Shown piece by piece: positions 44,437-57,070 of a stretch of 64,000 nt of DNA. Position 1 is the first letter of the stretch; each line of letters starts with the position of its first letter. Source of the DNA: Vitrella brassicaformis CCMP3155 (lineage: Eukaryota > Protista > Chromerida); assembly GCA_001179505.1 (NCBI GenBank), contig CDMY01001028.1, positions 124,001 through 188,000 on the forward strand, in the 5' to 3' direction. Both the position numbers and the translations under genes were made by a program. The notes under the pieces are model-generated. The model worked only from the letters and a program-made list of their open reading frames with translations, was not told the DNA's origin and did no database searches.

Positions 44437-46050
44437 TCATATGTTGAGGTTGACAGATATGCCGAGGTTGCCCGGGCCGACCCCGTTGACGAACCCTTGT
44501 GGCCCCAGCATGGGCGCCGAGTCGTCGGGCACACAGGACATCTGGATCTGGGTGCGGCCCTGCTCGTACCGACCCGACAGATTGATGTTCGTGTCGGGGA
44601 TCCGATACGCCAACCTGCACGCATGGCATGCCATGTGAACAGGGAGGGATACATGGTGTGGTGGTTGGTGTCAGTCAGTGAGTGGATCTGCTCACCCGAC
44701 GTTCCATGGGCTGCCTCCCGCACCCATGGCGAACTGCTGTTGGATGGCACGCAGCTGCTGATCCTGCTGCTGCAAGATCTGCGCCAATCCACGCTGCACC
44801 GTCATACACACACACACACACGCACACACACAGTCGTCTCGGTGTGCACGTGTATACGTGGGTGTGTGTGTATACCATTTGTTCGGCGAATTTGGATTGT
44901 GTCTCGACGACTTTCCTGGATCCCTTGGCGAGCTCATCGAGGATGTCTTTGAGCTCTGCCGCCTCACTGCCGTACTCCCAATTGCTGTTCTGAACGCATG
45001 AATTATCAATCAAAAGAAGCACGTCCGTCACATGTGAAGATGTGTGCGTGTGAGGTGTGGTGTAGTGCGGTGTGCCTTTGTGCATACCTTCCTCCTGGCT
45101 GCCTCTGCTTCGGTGTTGAAGAAGCTCTGTGCCGTCACCACCGCATCGTAGTCCTTGGTGCCGTCAGCACTGCACACACCACACACACCAGGCAGGCAGG
45201 CAGGCAGGTAATCCACGCCCATCACTGTGCAAGTGTACGTCAGCGTCTGTCACTCACTGACTCACTCACTCACTCACCGCATGGCACTCTTGTACTTCTG
45301 CAGAGCCTTGTCGCGCAATATGCGGAGCTGACAACGACCACAGCAGAGGGGCAACAAGCCAAGATGACGACAACACATACCTTCACCATGCCATGTGTAC
45401 ACCGACCTGTTTGAGGAACACCACATGAAGCGATGCATCCAGCATCCTCTCAAGCTCCTCAACCTAGACACACAGAGAGGAAGATGCCACCACGGGGTGG
45501 TTCGCTCTGCTCAGCCGGGTGCGGTACGCCTCTCACTCACCTTTTTGTCCATGAGTGTGGCCTTCTGTTTGGGAGCGCCGCTCGGCAGCTCGCTCCTCAG
45601 CTTGGCGACGGCGCTGGCCACCATGGTGTCGGCCTTGTCGCCCAGGCCGCTGACGACCCCTCCCTTGTCCACCGTCTTGCGCATCTCATCGATCTCTCCA
45701 GCACTGTCACTCAGCAGCTTGGACGCAGTCCTACACACACACACACACACACACACTGCTGGGTACCGAAGGATGGCCTTTGGTGCTCGTGATGACGGAC
45801 CTGTCACATTGCAGGGCGAAGTCCGCGACGCCCTTTGGTGGCTCTGATGGTCCAGGGCTATCGACGTCAGCCAGCCCAGCGGCCAACAGGCCCTCCAAAC
45901 TACGTGAGCGATGCAGTGAAGACCTGTGTGGCTGTGGTGATGGTGAGGAGCTCAGTCTTCTCATCAAGGCCTGTCGGAAAGCAAGCAGTGAGAAACATGA
46001 GAGAGGATGGATCTATAACAAGTCGTTCTGCGCACCCGTGGTGAAGGCAT
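44437..46050 (-). CDS. Hypothetical protein (about 8 exons), helical core with Gly-rich C-terminus; start uncertain (46050 or in-frame ATG 46182)
   Basis: Exons join in phase with GT-AG: VEELERMLDASLHVVFLKQ|LRILRDKALQKYK...|NSNWEYGSEAAELKDIL...|...PWNVG|LAYRIPDTNINLSGRYEQGR...GPQGFVNGVGPGNLGISVNLNI*. Confidence 0.75.
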
Positions 46051-46421
46051 GGTGTGTCGTTCTGTTGCTGACGAGAACCAGCAAAGGTGCAGCAGTGCTC
46101 CAACGCCCTGCAGAACAGTGCAGACGCACAGATGCCGCCATACAGCGCAAACACAGGTGCAGGCGATGAGTGAATGAATCATCCACCCACAGGCAGGCAG
46201 CGGGACCGTCCCGCATCCCCACATCAGTTCCACTGCCCTCCTCTCTCTCTCCGCTCACCACCACGAGCGCAGATCTCCACGGAGAGACCTGCGGTCTCCC
46301 AGGCGATGACGAATCCATCATTTTCCGATCTGCTTCCTCCTTGCCAGCCTCAAGCACACCGTCGCACGTGACAAGCACCCTGATATCACTGATCTCCCCT
46401 GCTCACCTTTCGCCTCGTCTC

Positions 46422-46432
46422 TGCGAGCTTAG
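46422..46432 (+). promoter_or_regulatory. TGCGAGCTTAG motif in the hypothetical/TLDc spacer
   Basis: Recurrent motif; identical 11-mer to 39623-39633. Confidence 0.55.
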
Positions 46433-46529
46433 AACTTGTTTCCCCCACCCCCTCTTTCTCCCTTCCTCCCTCTTCCCCAGTAGGTGTTGCACACGTGGCG
46501 ACAACAACAACAACTAGCGTGGCGACGGG

Positions 46530-48183
46530 ATGTCGTCGCCCCAGAATGAGTTCGAAAGGGTCATGAACGCCCCAGCCGTCAACGGAGGCGATGCTCATCC
46601 CGCAGACGCCCTCAAGCGCAGGCGTGATGACGACGACAACGTCATCACCCGCTCGAAGAAGGCGGCGCCGTCCCCGCGCAGCCCCGTGCCGTTCATCGAC
46701 TCGTCCCTGATCCTCGACATGGTGCCGCAGTCGGAGCGAGATCTGCTACAGCAGTGGGTGACCGAGGCGAGGGCCAAGACGGAGCTGGACCACGAGGGCA
46801 ACCGGCGCGTGAGCAATCCGTACGAGAGGCGGCCGCAGGAAGAGCCTCAGGGCGGCGGTGAGAAGGCCAACCGCATGAGGCTCCTGTACAGAGGGACCAG
46901 GGACTCGTTCGACTGCCGGCAGTTCCATCGCATCTGTGACGGACAGGGACACACACTCACTGTGGCCCTCTCGGACAAGGGGTGAGGCAGGGAGGGAGAG
47001 AGGGAGGGACCGACACACTCGCACACGGATGGACTTTGTGCCTGCATAGCGCATTCGCTATGTCTGTATTTTGTGTTGTGTGTCTATCATGCCATGCAGT
47101 CACGTGTTTGGAGGGTACAGCACTCGCGATTGGAAGAGCACCGGCAAGTTCGAGAACACCCTGCACAGCTGGCTATTCGCCCTCTCCCCCCTCACCCCTC
47201 CACACACCGACACACACACATCCCCACAACAGCAGCAGCACCAGCACCAGCAGCAGGAGGATGAGGAGGATGAGGACGACACCGACAAAGACAGAGATGG
47301 GGATGACGGCGGGCGCAGCAGCTCGGGCAAAACTGACAAGGACAAGCCCGTCACGTGGGAGCCCGTGCAATGCCGTGTCCTCGCCCTCAACCAGGTAGGG
47401 AGGGACACACAGGAGCGAACAGTCAGGATGAACCGCTATCGTTGATCCAGCCTGTCTGCTGTCTGTTCTGTTCTGACTGACCATCATCAGTTCACGGGCG
47501 TCTGCCACCGACCCGACTCCCTGCCCACGTTCGGCAGCGGCCACGACCTCTTCCTGGCCGACAAGGGCGACCTGAGAGACCTCTCATACTGCTCAGTGGG
47601 GCACTCATACCGCCTACCCAAAGAACAACAGACACGCTCGCCCCACCTCGCCGGTGGGCTCCGGTTCAAGCTGCAAGAGGTGGAGGTCTTTGCGGTGCGG
47701 TCGCCGAGCGAGCCGGACTTCCGCCAGGCCGCCGCCGTGGGCCGGCCGCCCTCTCGCACCAGCCAGCAGATGGTGGGTGGGGGTGGTCGTCCGTCGCCCA
47801 CCCTCCCCCCCATGCAGTTCCCCGCCCCTGTCATGCGTGGCCCCGCCACCGGCCCGTCGCCCTTCAGTTCGCTGGGCAACACGCCCCTCAATCTGTCACA
47901 GGCGGCCGTCTTGCAGCAGATGAGGCAGGGCAACCCCCAGCTCATCAGCAGCTTCCTCGCCATGTCCCAGCTGCAGCAACAGGCCGCCCAGCAGCAGCAC
48001 ATGCAGCAGCTGCAGCAGATGCAGGCGTCCTCCCAGCACCAGCAGCAGCAACAGCAGCAGCCACGGGCGCGGCGGCAGAAGCGTGGGAAGAAGGGTGGCG
48101 GCAAGAAACGCAGTCGAGGTGACGACGACGAGGGCAGCGATGCGGAGTGGCAGGAGGATGACGAGGACTCGAATAGCGACTGA
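46530..48183 (+). CDS. TLDc-domain protein with polyQ tract, basic NLS-like clusters and acidic tail
   Basis: IDSSLIL...LLQQWV...RLLYRGTRDSFDCRQFHRICDGQGHTLTV...GHVFGGYS...SWLFAL...PTFGSGHDLFL...YCSVGHSY...FKLQEVEVFAV. Three exons. Confidence 0.9.
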
Positions 48184-48651
48184 CTGACTAATTAGAGGAA
48201 GAAAGGGTAGTTGTAGATGGTTAGGGAGAGACAGACAGACAGACAGACCTGGTTTGGCATTGCTGCTGGGTGTGGGCGTGTCGCGTGCTCTGTCTCCGTG
48301 TCCGCCCGTTGGTGGAACCGCTGGTCCTTGCATCTGGCCAGCCGTTTTCCCAACGAGACGACACTGAGATGGATGGCCGACATGCGCGATCACAGAACGT
48401 GTATACCTATCCATCCGTACACATGGACGTGTGAAGCCGAGCCAACGCGCAGCTTGTGGTGCGAGTGTGTTCGTATGTATGGTGATCGGTCAATACGTAC
48501 ACACATTGATTGAGCTTGATTGAGCCAATCGGTCGTGGAAGAGACTACCACCATAGATAGCGTCTCATGTCCAATGTCCTCATGTGTATGTAAGTCATCG
48601 TCCAGCAGGTCAGCTAACCTTCGGACCATCCATCCATCCATCCCCCCCTTC

Positions 48652-48951
48652 NNNNNNNNNNNNNNNNNNNNNNNNNNNNNNNNNNNNNNNNNNNNNNNNN
48701 NNNNNNNNNNNNNNNNNNNNNNNNNNNNNNNNNNNNNNNNNNNNNNNNNNNNNNNNNNNNNNNNNNNNNNNNNNNNNNNNNNNNNNNNNNNNNNNNNNNN
48801 NNNNNNNNNNNNNNNNNNNNNNNNNNNNNNNNNNNNNNNNNNNNNNNNNNNNNNNNNNNNNNNNNNNNNNNNNNNNNNNNNNNNNNNNNNNNNNNNNNNN
48901 NNNNNNNNNNNNNNNNNNNNNNNNNNNNNNNNNNNNNNNNNNNNNNNNNNN
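48652..48951. other. Assembly gap (300 N)
   Basis: Run of N flanked by (CCAT)n and poly-C low-complexity sequence. Confidence 1.
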
Positions 48952-49043
48952 CCCCCATCCCTCTATTCTACCTCACTCCTCGATATAGCTACACGTGTGT
49001 GTCGATGGTCCATCCATCCACCCTTCAAGTGGACCCATCGTCT

Positions 49044-50542
49044 TCATCGGTCCATCCCGATGGCTTTCTTGACTGCCCTGTCCGCCGCCTCCTTCACACG
49101 CCGACCGTCGAACGTGCCGGGGCGGAACGGAGTGCTGCTGCCTGTGGGGTGCCGGTGGGCCTTCCTGCCGCCGCCCCTGCTGCTGTGGACGGTGGTAGTC
49201 GGTGTCTGCGTGCCGCTGCTGGTGCTAGTGGCTATGGTCCTCTTGGGGGAGGTGTAGCTGCCCAAAGGGGGGCTGTGGTCTGTGCTGCTGATGGTGTTGG
49301 TGTGTCTGGTGGTTGTGGGGCCGAAGAGCTTGTCAATGGCGCGGGTGCGCAGCTCCTCCTTGCCATGGGCAAACGAACACTGAAGGGGATGCATCCACAG
49401 GACACACACGGAGACAGGTTAGAAAGGAATGTATGTGTCTCTCTCGCCCCCTCCGCGCCCAGGTTCTCACCCTTGCTCCGAATCGACACTCCCCCTCAGC
49501 ACTCCAGTAGGAGCATAGCTCTGTCTTGTAGAGCGCACCGTACCTGCACACACACATGTCCGCGTACATCGATCGATTCATCCATCCACGAATGTACTCA
49601 CATACATGCGATCCTTGCGCTGCATCGCTCCGTAGACTGCGCGGAGAGAACGCCCCCTGACACACACACACACAATACAGGTGAACGGCAAAGGATGCAT
49701 TCATTTGGGATTTAGCATCGCGCTGCATACCGCCTGTATGTGTATGTGTCCTCGCCGTATGTGTCGATGTAGGTGTCGGGCCGCCTGTGGTGCCGCATGC
49801 CGCTGCCGCTGCCGCCACTATGGTGGGGCGAGGCCCTCACGCGGTTCCGTCGGCGGGGCGAGGCCTTCCGCCGACGCCAACCACCCTCCCTCTCCTCCTC
49901 CCCCTCACCAAACGTCCCCTCATTTCTATAGCCCCAATCATCATATCCCTCCCCTTGCCCATCATACACACCCACACCCACCCTGCCGTCCCCCTCCCCC
50001 TCGCCCCAATCCTCGTTCTCTACCGCCAGCCCGCCCTCGTCGGTAAGAGGCGAGGCAGACGACTCCTCCGCAGCTGCTGCGGTGGTGATGGCACCCAGCG
50101 TGCCGACCTGGTTCTCGCCCATCCACTTGTGTGCGGGCGACACCGACGCCCCGCTGCCGTATGATGACGAGGTGGGGGAGCCGTCAGAGGTCGACGTGAA
50201 CGAGAAGGGCGTCGACAGCCCGCTCTTGCAGGCGGCCGTTGGCAGCCGCTCCAGCCCTTGCCTTGGGCACTTGGGAAGGAGGCTGATGGTGGTTGGGGCG
50301 GGTTTGTACGTCAGCGTGGCCGCCAGCTGCTCGATGCGCCGGCCATCTGCACCGGCACTGCGGGTGGTCAGCTGCGGCATCGTCACGCTGCGATGGCATT
50401 TGTCATGGCTGGATGCGGGGTGTTCGCGAAAGTGCAGAAAGCCGTTCAGGACGGTGAACTGGCCGCTCGGGGAGCCGACGTATGCGTCGAACAGCTCGGA
50501 AGTCCGCCGATGGTGGTGGTCCAGGCTCCGTCCGGCGGCCAT
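49044..50542 (-). CDS. Single CCCH zinc-finger protein (TIS11/ZFP36-type finger) with disordered flanks
   Basis: Spliced finger YKTELCSYWSAEGECRFGAR|CSFAHGKEEL (C-x8-C-x5-C-x3-H). Four exons in phase from ATG 50542. Confidence 0.85.
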
Positions 50543-50680
50543 CTGGCGACACTACGGGGCGCCCTGCTGGGCAGAGCGAGAGCGAATAAGACCCCCCTAA
50601 GGAGCTGAATGCCTTACAACCCGTTCACCAAAACCGCCGCGTGGCGCGAACATCTCCATTTGTAAACTCAACGACACACT

Positions 50681-50803
50681 TTGCGCAAGAACTCGTGCGG
50701 GGTTGATGTGTAACGGCGCGCCGGGGGCCACACACGCGTTGGTCCACGGCACGAACAAACATGAACAGTCGATCGCGATGCCATGATGTTGCGCAAGAAC
50801 TCG
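50681..50803. repeat. 15-bp direct repeat ttgcgcaagaactcg (50681-50695 and 50789-50803) containing the palindrome TTGCGCAA
   Basis: Read directly; upstream of the CCCH gene. Confidence 0.9.
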
Positions 50804-51003
50804 AAGCTGAGTGTCAGGCTGGGAAACGCCCCCATCTCCGTCCACCCATGGAACACAAACACACACCCGATGCGACGCAGCAGCCATGTGGTACTGTCTC
50901 ATCGGTCACATCAGCAGCGCAAAACTACACACAACCACCATCTCTCCCTCCCCTCTCCTATACACAGCCAGCCAGCCAGCCATCCATCCACGCCCTAGCG
51001 AGG

Positions 51004-53647
51004 CTATGCCGCCTTTCTCTGCCAGCCGCTGACAGTCTCCCGCACCACGTCAGGGAGCTTCTGTGCCCGCTCGGCCACCTCCCTCATGGCGGCCTGGACG
51101 TCGATGGAACTTACCCTCTCCCAAACCTGGCGCGCCACGCTCTCGGCCTCCTTGGCGATCGGTGTAGCCTTTGCCACGATGTAGTCTTTCGTCTCGGGCA
51201 ATCTACGCTCACACGCACCGACACACACACACACAAACGAGGTGAGATGCGTCAATATTGGCGTCAGATCGGTTCACTCACCCCCTCCAGAAATAAATCA
51301 CATGCTTCTCCAGCCACTCTCTGCGCGCAACGGAGGGGTCGTCGGGCAGCGCCTTGACGATGGCGTCTGGGCTGATGCGCATCATGTGCAGAATGCCGCC
51401 CTCGGAGCCCATGAGCGTGAGCTGCTCTGCGATGGCTTTGCGGCGGTAGTGGTACACATACCAGTACACACAGCCCCAACTACACGCGGCTGCTATGGAT
51501 GGACATACATGGCATACATTACATGCCATGGAGAGAGGGGAGGGGCCCCAGAGAGCAGGGCAGACAAGTCAGTCAAGTGAGTGGCTGGGCTGTGTGTTGG
51601 TGTGGTGCCTGGCCTGCTGTGTGCAGCTCAGCTGACCTCCGAGTAGGATGGCGACTTTGGTCCCCGATATCCGGCGCTTTTTCCGATAGTAGGCCGCATG
51701 CCTGAGGGACAGACAGGCAGACAGACACCACGAGTGCAGTGCCTTGGCTGGGAGCGTCCATGGGTGTGGTTTGAGTGAGCTGTGTCCCACATGACATACC
51801 TCTGGAAGTAGCTGTCCCTCAGCGCCCGGCTGAACTCGTCCTCGGAGCTCAACAGCTCCTACACCGACAGACACGAACATACGGCCGTCGTCTATGTTGG
51901 TGCCTGTGTGCCTGTGGGTCATGTAGGTACCTCTCTTTCGAATGCCGACAAGTTGGTGGGCGCGAAGGGCCCATGAGCCGCCGTAACCTGATGCCCTGAG
52001 TGAGTGAGTGATGGATACATACACACACACATGTCGATTGCATGGTGCGGTGTTTGGCGTTGCCTTACTTCTCTGCGGGAGGTAGATGGGTTCCTTGTCC
52101 ACGCTGCAGTGCTCGTGGACGGAACCCCTGAACCGATACCGAACGTAGATGCACAAATCTACGTCAGACTGCACACAGCCAACACATCCCTCCACACACA
52201 TGAGGAGATAGATGCCATACAGGGCTGGGGGTGTGGTGCTCACGAGTGGGCATGGGTTGTAGAATCCATCGATATGCTCCTTGGAACTATTGACGCCCCC
52301 TGTCAGGACAGACACACACACAGAGGGAGGGCACCCCCCCGTGCTGCCAGCCACCATGCACGACATGGACCTCCCTACCTTCAGTGAGTGGGTGCATACC
52401 TCCAAGGATGATTTGATCCCGGTGGACCATCATTTGAAGCTGGACGGTCACGTCCATCCAGTGGTTCTGCTCCGGCAGCAAGTGCAATGAGGGATCGATC
52501 AACTCTGATACAGCACCACCACAAGACATGACATGACCGACAGCCATACCGTCGTCATAGTGCGTGAATGGCTGTCTTCACTCACTGGGCGGTGTGGATC
52601 TGTATTCCTCCCTCAGCCGAAGGTCGCCATATAAAGCACACTCAACCACAAGACCTGCAAACACAGACACAGCCCGACATGGATAAAGGAACGACGGCGT
52701 GAACCCGTCCATGCAGTACAGTACCTACCGTCCGACTGCACGGCCTGCATCCTCACGGCATCATAGAGCCGCCGCTGACACAACACCACGCACGCCACAC
52801 ATGCGATAGATGCAGATGAGTAGAGTGCGTCTGTCTATCTGTGCGTGGAGTGACTGACAGACCGACAGACCATGGTGGCGGTGTGACTCTCGGCCTTGGC
52901 CTTCTGGTACTCATAGATCTCCGCTATGTCCTGATGACAGACAGACAGACAGACAACAAGCAAACACTCCATCAATGTGGGGCAGACACACGGACCGGCC
53001 AGCAACGGACACCGAGATTCTGTGCTCACCTTGTTGGTTGGCTTTTCGTCGCTGAAGCCATTCTTTATGTCATACATACGCCTGACAGATACAGCGACAT
53101 ACACACAGCAGTAACAAGTGGGCGATATCCTTCCGCAGATAAAGATGCACGCGGCCTTCCCTGTTGTTGACCCATCCGCTAGATACCTATTGTTTGAGTC
53201 ACTGAGGCAGTTCCAGGCCATCTGGATCTGGTTCCACCGCCGCATCGCGTCCTGCCATGACGCCCTGGTACACACACACAACACACAACCCAGGCAATCA
53301 TCCATTCATTCGTCCATCCATCGCCTGCCTCAGTGGATACATTCACTCACTCACTCGTCAGTGGTCTGCCTCTGCAGCAGCTTATCGGGGTGATACTGCC
53401 GACTGAGATTCATCCACGACCGGCGAATCTCATCCTGCGATGCATCCAAAGGCACCTCAAGCATGTCCTGCACCCAGCCAGCCAGGAAGCATCACACAGA
53501 GATAGAGAAGAAATGAAGAATGGAGCAGTGTAACAGGCAGGCAAGCTCCAGGTGCCCCTGTGCGATGCTCACATAGTATGTGGGCCCGATGTTGGACGGC
53601 GAGAGGGCCGGCGACGTCTCCGGCTCACTCTTGCGCGCGGCAGCCAT
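51004..53647 (-). CDS. J-domain protein with DNAJC11-type C-terminal domain (DUF3395) and a C-terminal TM segment
   Basis: YYDMLEVPLDASQDEIRRSW...QYHPDK...RRMYD; then GLVVECALYG, MDVTVQLQMMV, SSKEHIDGFYNPCP, IYVRYRFRGSVHE, EPIYLP; TM VAILLGAAACSWGCVYWYVY. About 14 exons in phase. Confidence 0.85.
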
Positions 53648-53742
53648 CTCTTTCCAACTGAACACCTGCCGCAAACAGGACTGCTCTGTCCCCTATCTGC
53701 ACGGACGCAACAGTCTTCTTTGATCGTTTCCTTCAGCAACCT

Positions 53743-53752
53743 CAAGCTCGCA
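53743..53752 (-). promoter_or_regulatory. TGCGAGCTTG motif in the DnaJ/TMEM8 spacer
   Basis: Plus strand reads caagctcgca; identical 10-mer to 11649-11658. Confidence 0.55.
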
Positions 53753-53825
53753 ACTTTTGGAACACCGCTGCTGCGTTGGAACTGAGTGGAAGGGCAAGTG
53801 ATCAGTCTTTCGGACTCGTTTGGTC

Positions 53826-56800
53826 ATGCACGTCGACGTATGTCCTGTGACGATGATTGCATTCATCGCCTTCGACTTGCTGCTTCTTGCCAGCCACATC
53901 TTGCTGCCCGCTGACGGCAGTGAGATTAAATGGACCGAATACGAGGAGCTCAACAGCTGGTACGGGTAATCACAGCCCGACGAATGCACACTGACATGAC
54001 GCGGATGGATGGATTGATGATCTGTGCTTTTCTTTCAGTTCGGTACGGTACTTCCAGCTGCAGCTGCACGGCGGATACGCTGTGAATGAGGTGATATTGG
54101 AGATTTCCGACAGCACACTGGATGAGGGCAACACGCCGCTCTTCGTGCTGAGGAAGAATGCGCTGGGTGAGCGGCAGCCCACGCTCCCTCACGGCATGCA
54201 CTCATGAGTGTGAGTCCATCCATGCTTCTGTCTGTGTGCTCTTAACGCATAGCGACGAGAAGCATTAACGATCTGTCCTTCCCCCTCTTGCTGACCGCAC
54301 ACACGGACCCCTTCCGCCTCACCGTGCCCTTCAATTACTCATCCGCTGTCTGGTACGCGACCCTCTATGCCACGCCCCTCGCCGGAAGCGGCAGGCCGAT
54401 CTTCTTCTGCGATGGCGCGGCACTCACAGTCCGCCTCGGCCAACGCGTCAGCTCGCCCCGCATCTATGTGTCGCCCCTCTTTCACGCCGTCCAGATGAGG
54501 CTCTACAGTAACGGGCTGTCACCACTGGTGTCCTTCCCCCTTCCCGAGAGCCTGTGGATGCCTCTGGATGATGACAGTGAGGACGACAGCAGCACGGCTG
54601 TGACTCGCTTCGTCACGGAGGCCAAGTTGGAGGTGGCGTGGCTGAGTCTGCCAGATGTCGCCAAGGACGTGTGTGTGCGGCTGGCGTATGAGGATCAGGG
54701 CTTCGTCAATGAGACGGACAGCAGCGGGGTGTTCGACTCGTGCGAAGCTGGGCACTGTCGGGGAGCGAGGGGGTGCCTGCCGGCGCCAGTGCGGAACGCC
54801 ACCGAGGACATCCGCATCGAACGCAGGCTGATTCGGCTCAAACGCCCGGTGCCCATTTGGGAGAATGTGACTGTGCTGGCCGAATCGACAGCGGTGCTCA
54901 GCTATCCCAGGGCTGGCTACTGGAGTGTCCGCTTCGCCCGCAGGGGGCCCTCTGTGTCGACCAACACGAGTGACCTCCTGTTGGTGATGGCTGGCGCTTC
55001 CGTGTGTCCCAACGCCACACAGCCCCCGGGTCCTTCCCCCATTCCCATGCCAGCCAGAAGGCAGCTCAGCCCCTCACAATCCCTATTGCTTGGAGAGCGC
55101 CAGCTGTTGCCTCATGTGGACGAAAATGACGATGATGGTGATGCGGCGGCTCCTGAGTGTGCTGCCAACGTGTCGCTGTTCCACTCCCATTATTGGTATG
55201 GATTCCCTGACCCGATGGCGATCGACATACCCCTCAACGGCACAACTGTCTATGCTGTGCTGCCGGTGCGGCCTCACGAGACCATGGTGGAGGCCCTCAT
55301 GACACTCAATGTCAGTGTGAGGACCACCAACACGACCTCGCTGCCAGCCGCAGCTGCTGCTGAGGTACTCATTGCCATGCGACGTGATGGCGTCCCACCG
55401 ATGTCTAACGTGACGCACTGTGCGGACTTTGTGAGGCGGATACCTCTAGCTGTAGATAAGCATGACGGCAGCGGGGGCAAGGGCGAGTGGCAGGCGGCGG
55501 GTGGGGCGGCTGTGGGGCCGACGAGGGACATGCGGCCCGGTGTCATGGTCATGGCCATGCAGCTGGTGTCAGCTGGAGAGGGGCGGCTGCTTCATGACTT
55601 GGGGGCTGTTGCTGCCATACGGGTGAGTGACTGACTGAGAACACAAACAGAACGGATCGACGCGCACACGCTGGATGCAAGTTCCCTTTTCTCTATATTT
55701 TGTGCGCGCAGGTAGAGGCGTCGATGGAAGTTGTTCGCGAGTGTCCCGATGACTGCAGCCATCACGGCTCCTGCGACAACACAGTCGTGTTCGATTTCCC
55801 CCTCTACTCGTGCTCTTGCCAGTACGGCTATCACGGCGAGGCGTGCGAGTTGCAGTACCTCTCCCAACCCTTCTCGGCGCTGGGCGTCGTCTGTCTCGTG
55901 GGCTCCAATATCGCTGTGGTGCCTGTGGTAATGCTGACGTGGAGGAAGGGGTGGTTCTTCAAGTGTTTATTGTTCGCCAATGTGGGGATCTGGAGCGCCG
56001 TCTATCACGCGTGCGACGTGGAGTGGCTCTGCCTCTTCAACTACCCACAGCTGCAGAGCCTTGACTTCACCTGCGCCTTTTTGTCATTCGTGGTGGTCAT
56101 CCTGGAGTTCTGCCACTTCTCGCACCCCATCCAGCGGTCCTTCCTGATGTCCCTCTTCGCCCTCACCGTCACTCTCACCTCCAAGTCGGCAACAGCGTCG
56201 GCCAACATCCTGGTGGTCTTTTCGCTGCTTATCCTCGTCTACCTGTCGAGATGGCTCTTTTGGCTGGCAAAGGGTCGATTCATGCCACGCCTCCTCCCCG
56301 CCCCCATGGATGAGCGAGGGATTGCGGCTGCGGCAGAGAGCGGCCGGCCACTGATGGACTCGCCCGCGCCGTCCAATTGGCTAATACTCCGGCAGACAGT
56401 GATCGACAAGATCGGCTGGAGCAAGAACGTGGGCCTGGGGCTGCTGTCGGCTGGCTTTGGCATCGTGTGCTTCTTCTGTGAGACATCGGCCAACTACTGG
56501 CTGCTGCACTCGCTGTGGCACGTGTTTATCCAGCTGTCGCCCTACATGCTGCTAAAAGCTGCCGCCAGGGCTCGCAAGACGATGCTGCGAAGACGGAGGC
56601 ACACAGATGCCAGGCGGACACGCACCACCACAGACGAGGAGGACTCAGAAGAAGCAGAAGATGACGATGACGAGCCGGCACGTGACAGCGACGACGATAT
56701 GACGCCATCAATGGTCGCTCTAGGGCCGGCCACCGGGGGCCGTCGACAGCCAAAAGACGACAAGACCACCCACGGCCAGCAGCTGCCCCCCCTCTCTCAG

Positions 56801-57070
56801 CCCGCCACCATTGTCACGGACATCACCAACGTCGCCCGGCAGGTCAGCACACGTCTCATGGGTGGGGTCAACGGGCATAGGAGGGAGAGAGAGGCGACGA
56901 GCAGCACAGAGCTGACCCCCACCAACAGCGGCAGGGCGGAGGGCTCTTCGGTCAGTGCCACCGGCTTTGACAGCCACGTCAGCGCGCCGAGGATGGCCGA
57001 GAGTGAGAGGGAACAGGACAGAGAAATGGCGGATGGTGCTCAGAGACAGCAGGGCGATCGGGTGTGTTGA
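53826..57070 (+). CDS. TMEM8/PGAP6-like protein: signal peptide, large ectodomain, EGF-like domain, 7-TM CREST hydrolase domain
   Basis: Signal MIAFIAFDLLLLASHILLPADG; EGF CPDDCSHHGSC...CSCQYGYHGEAC; CREST motifs SAVYHACD, LQSLDF, LHSLWH. Four exons. Confidence 0.85.

Noticed and set aside
51204-51300. Apparent GAG acceptor in the DnaJ gene
   Set aside because: A GTGAGT donor with a TAG acceptor gives an in-frame canonical junction.
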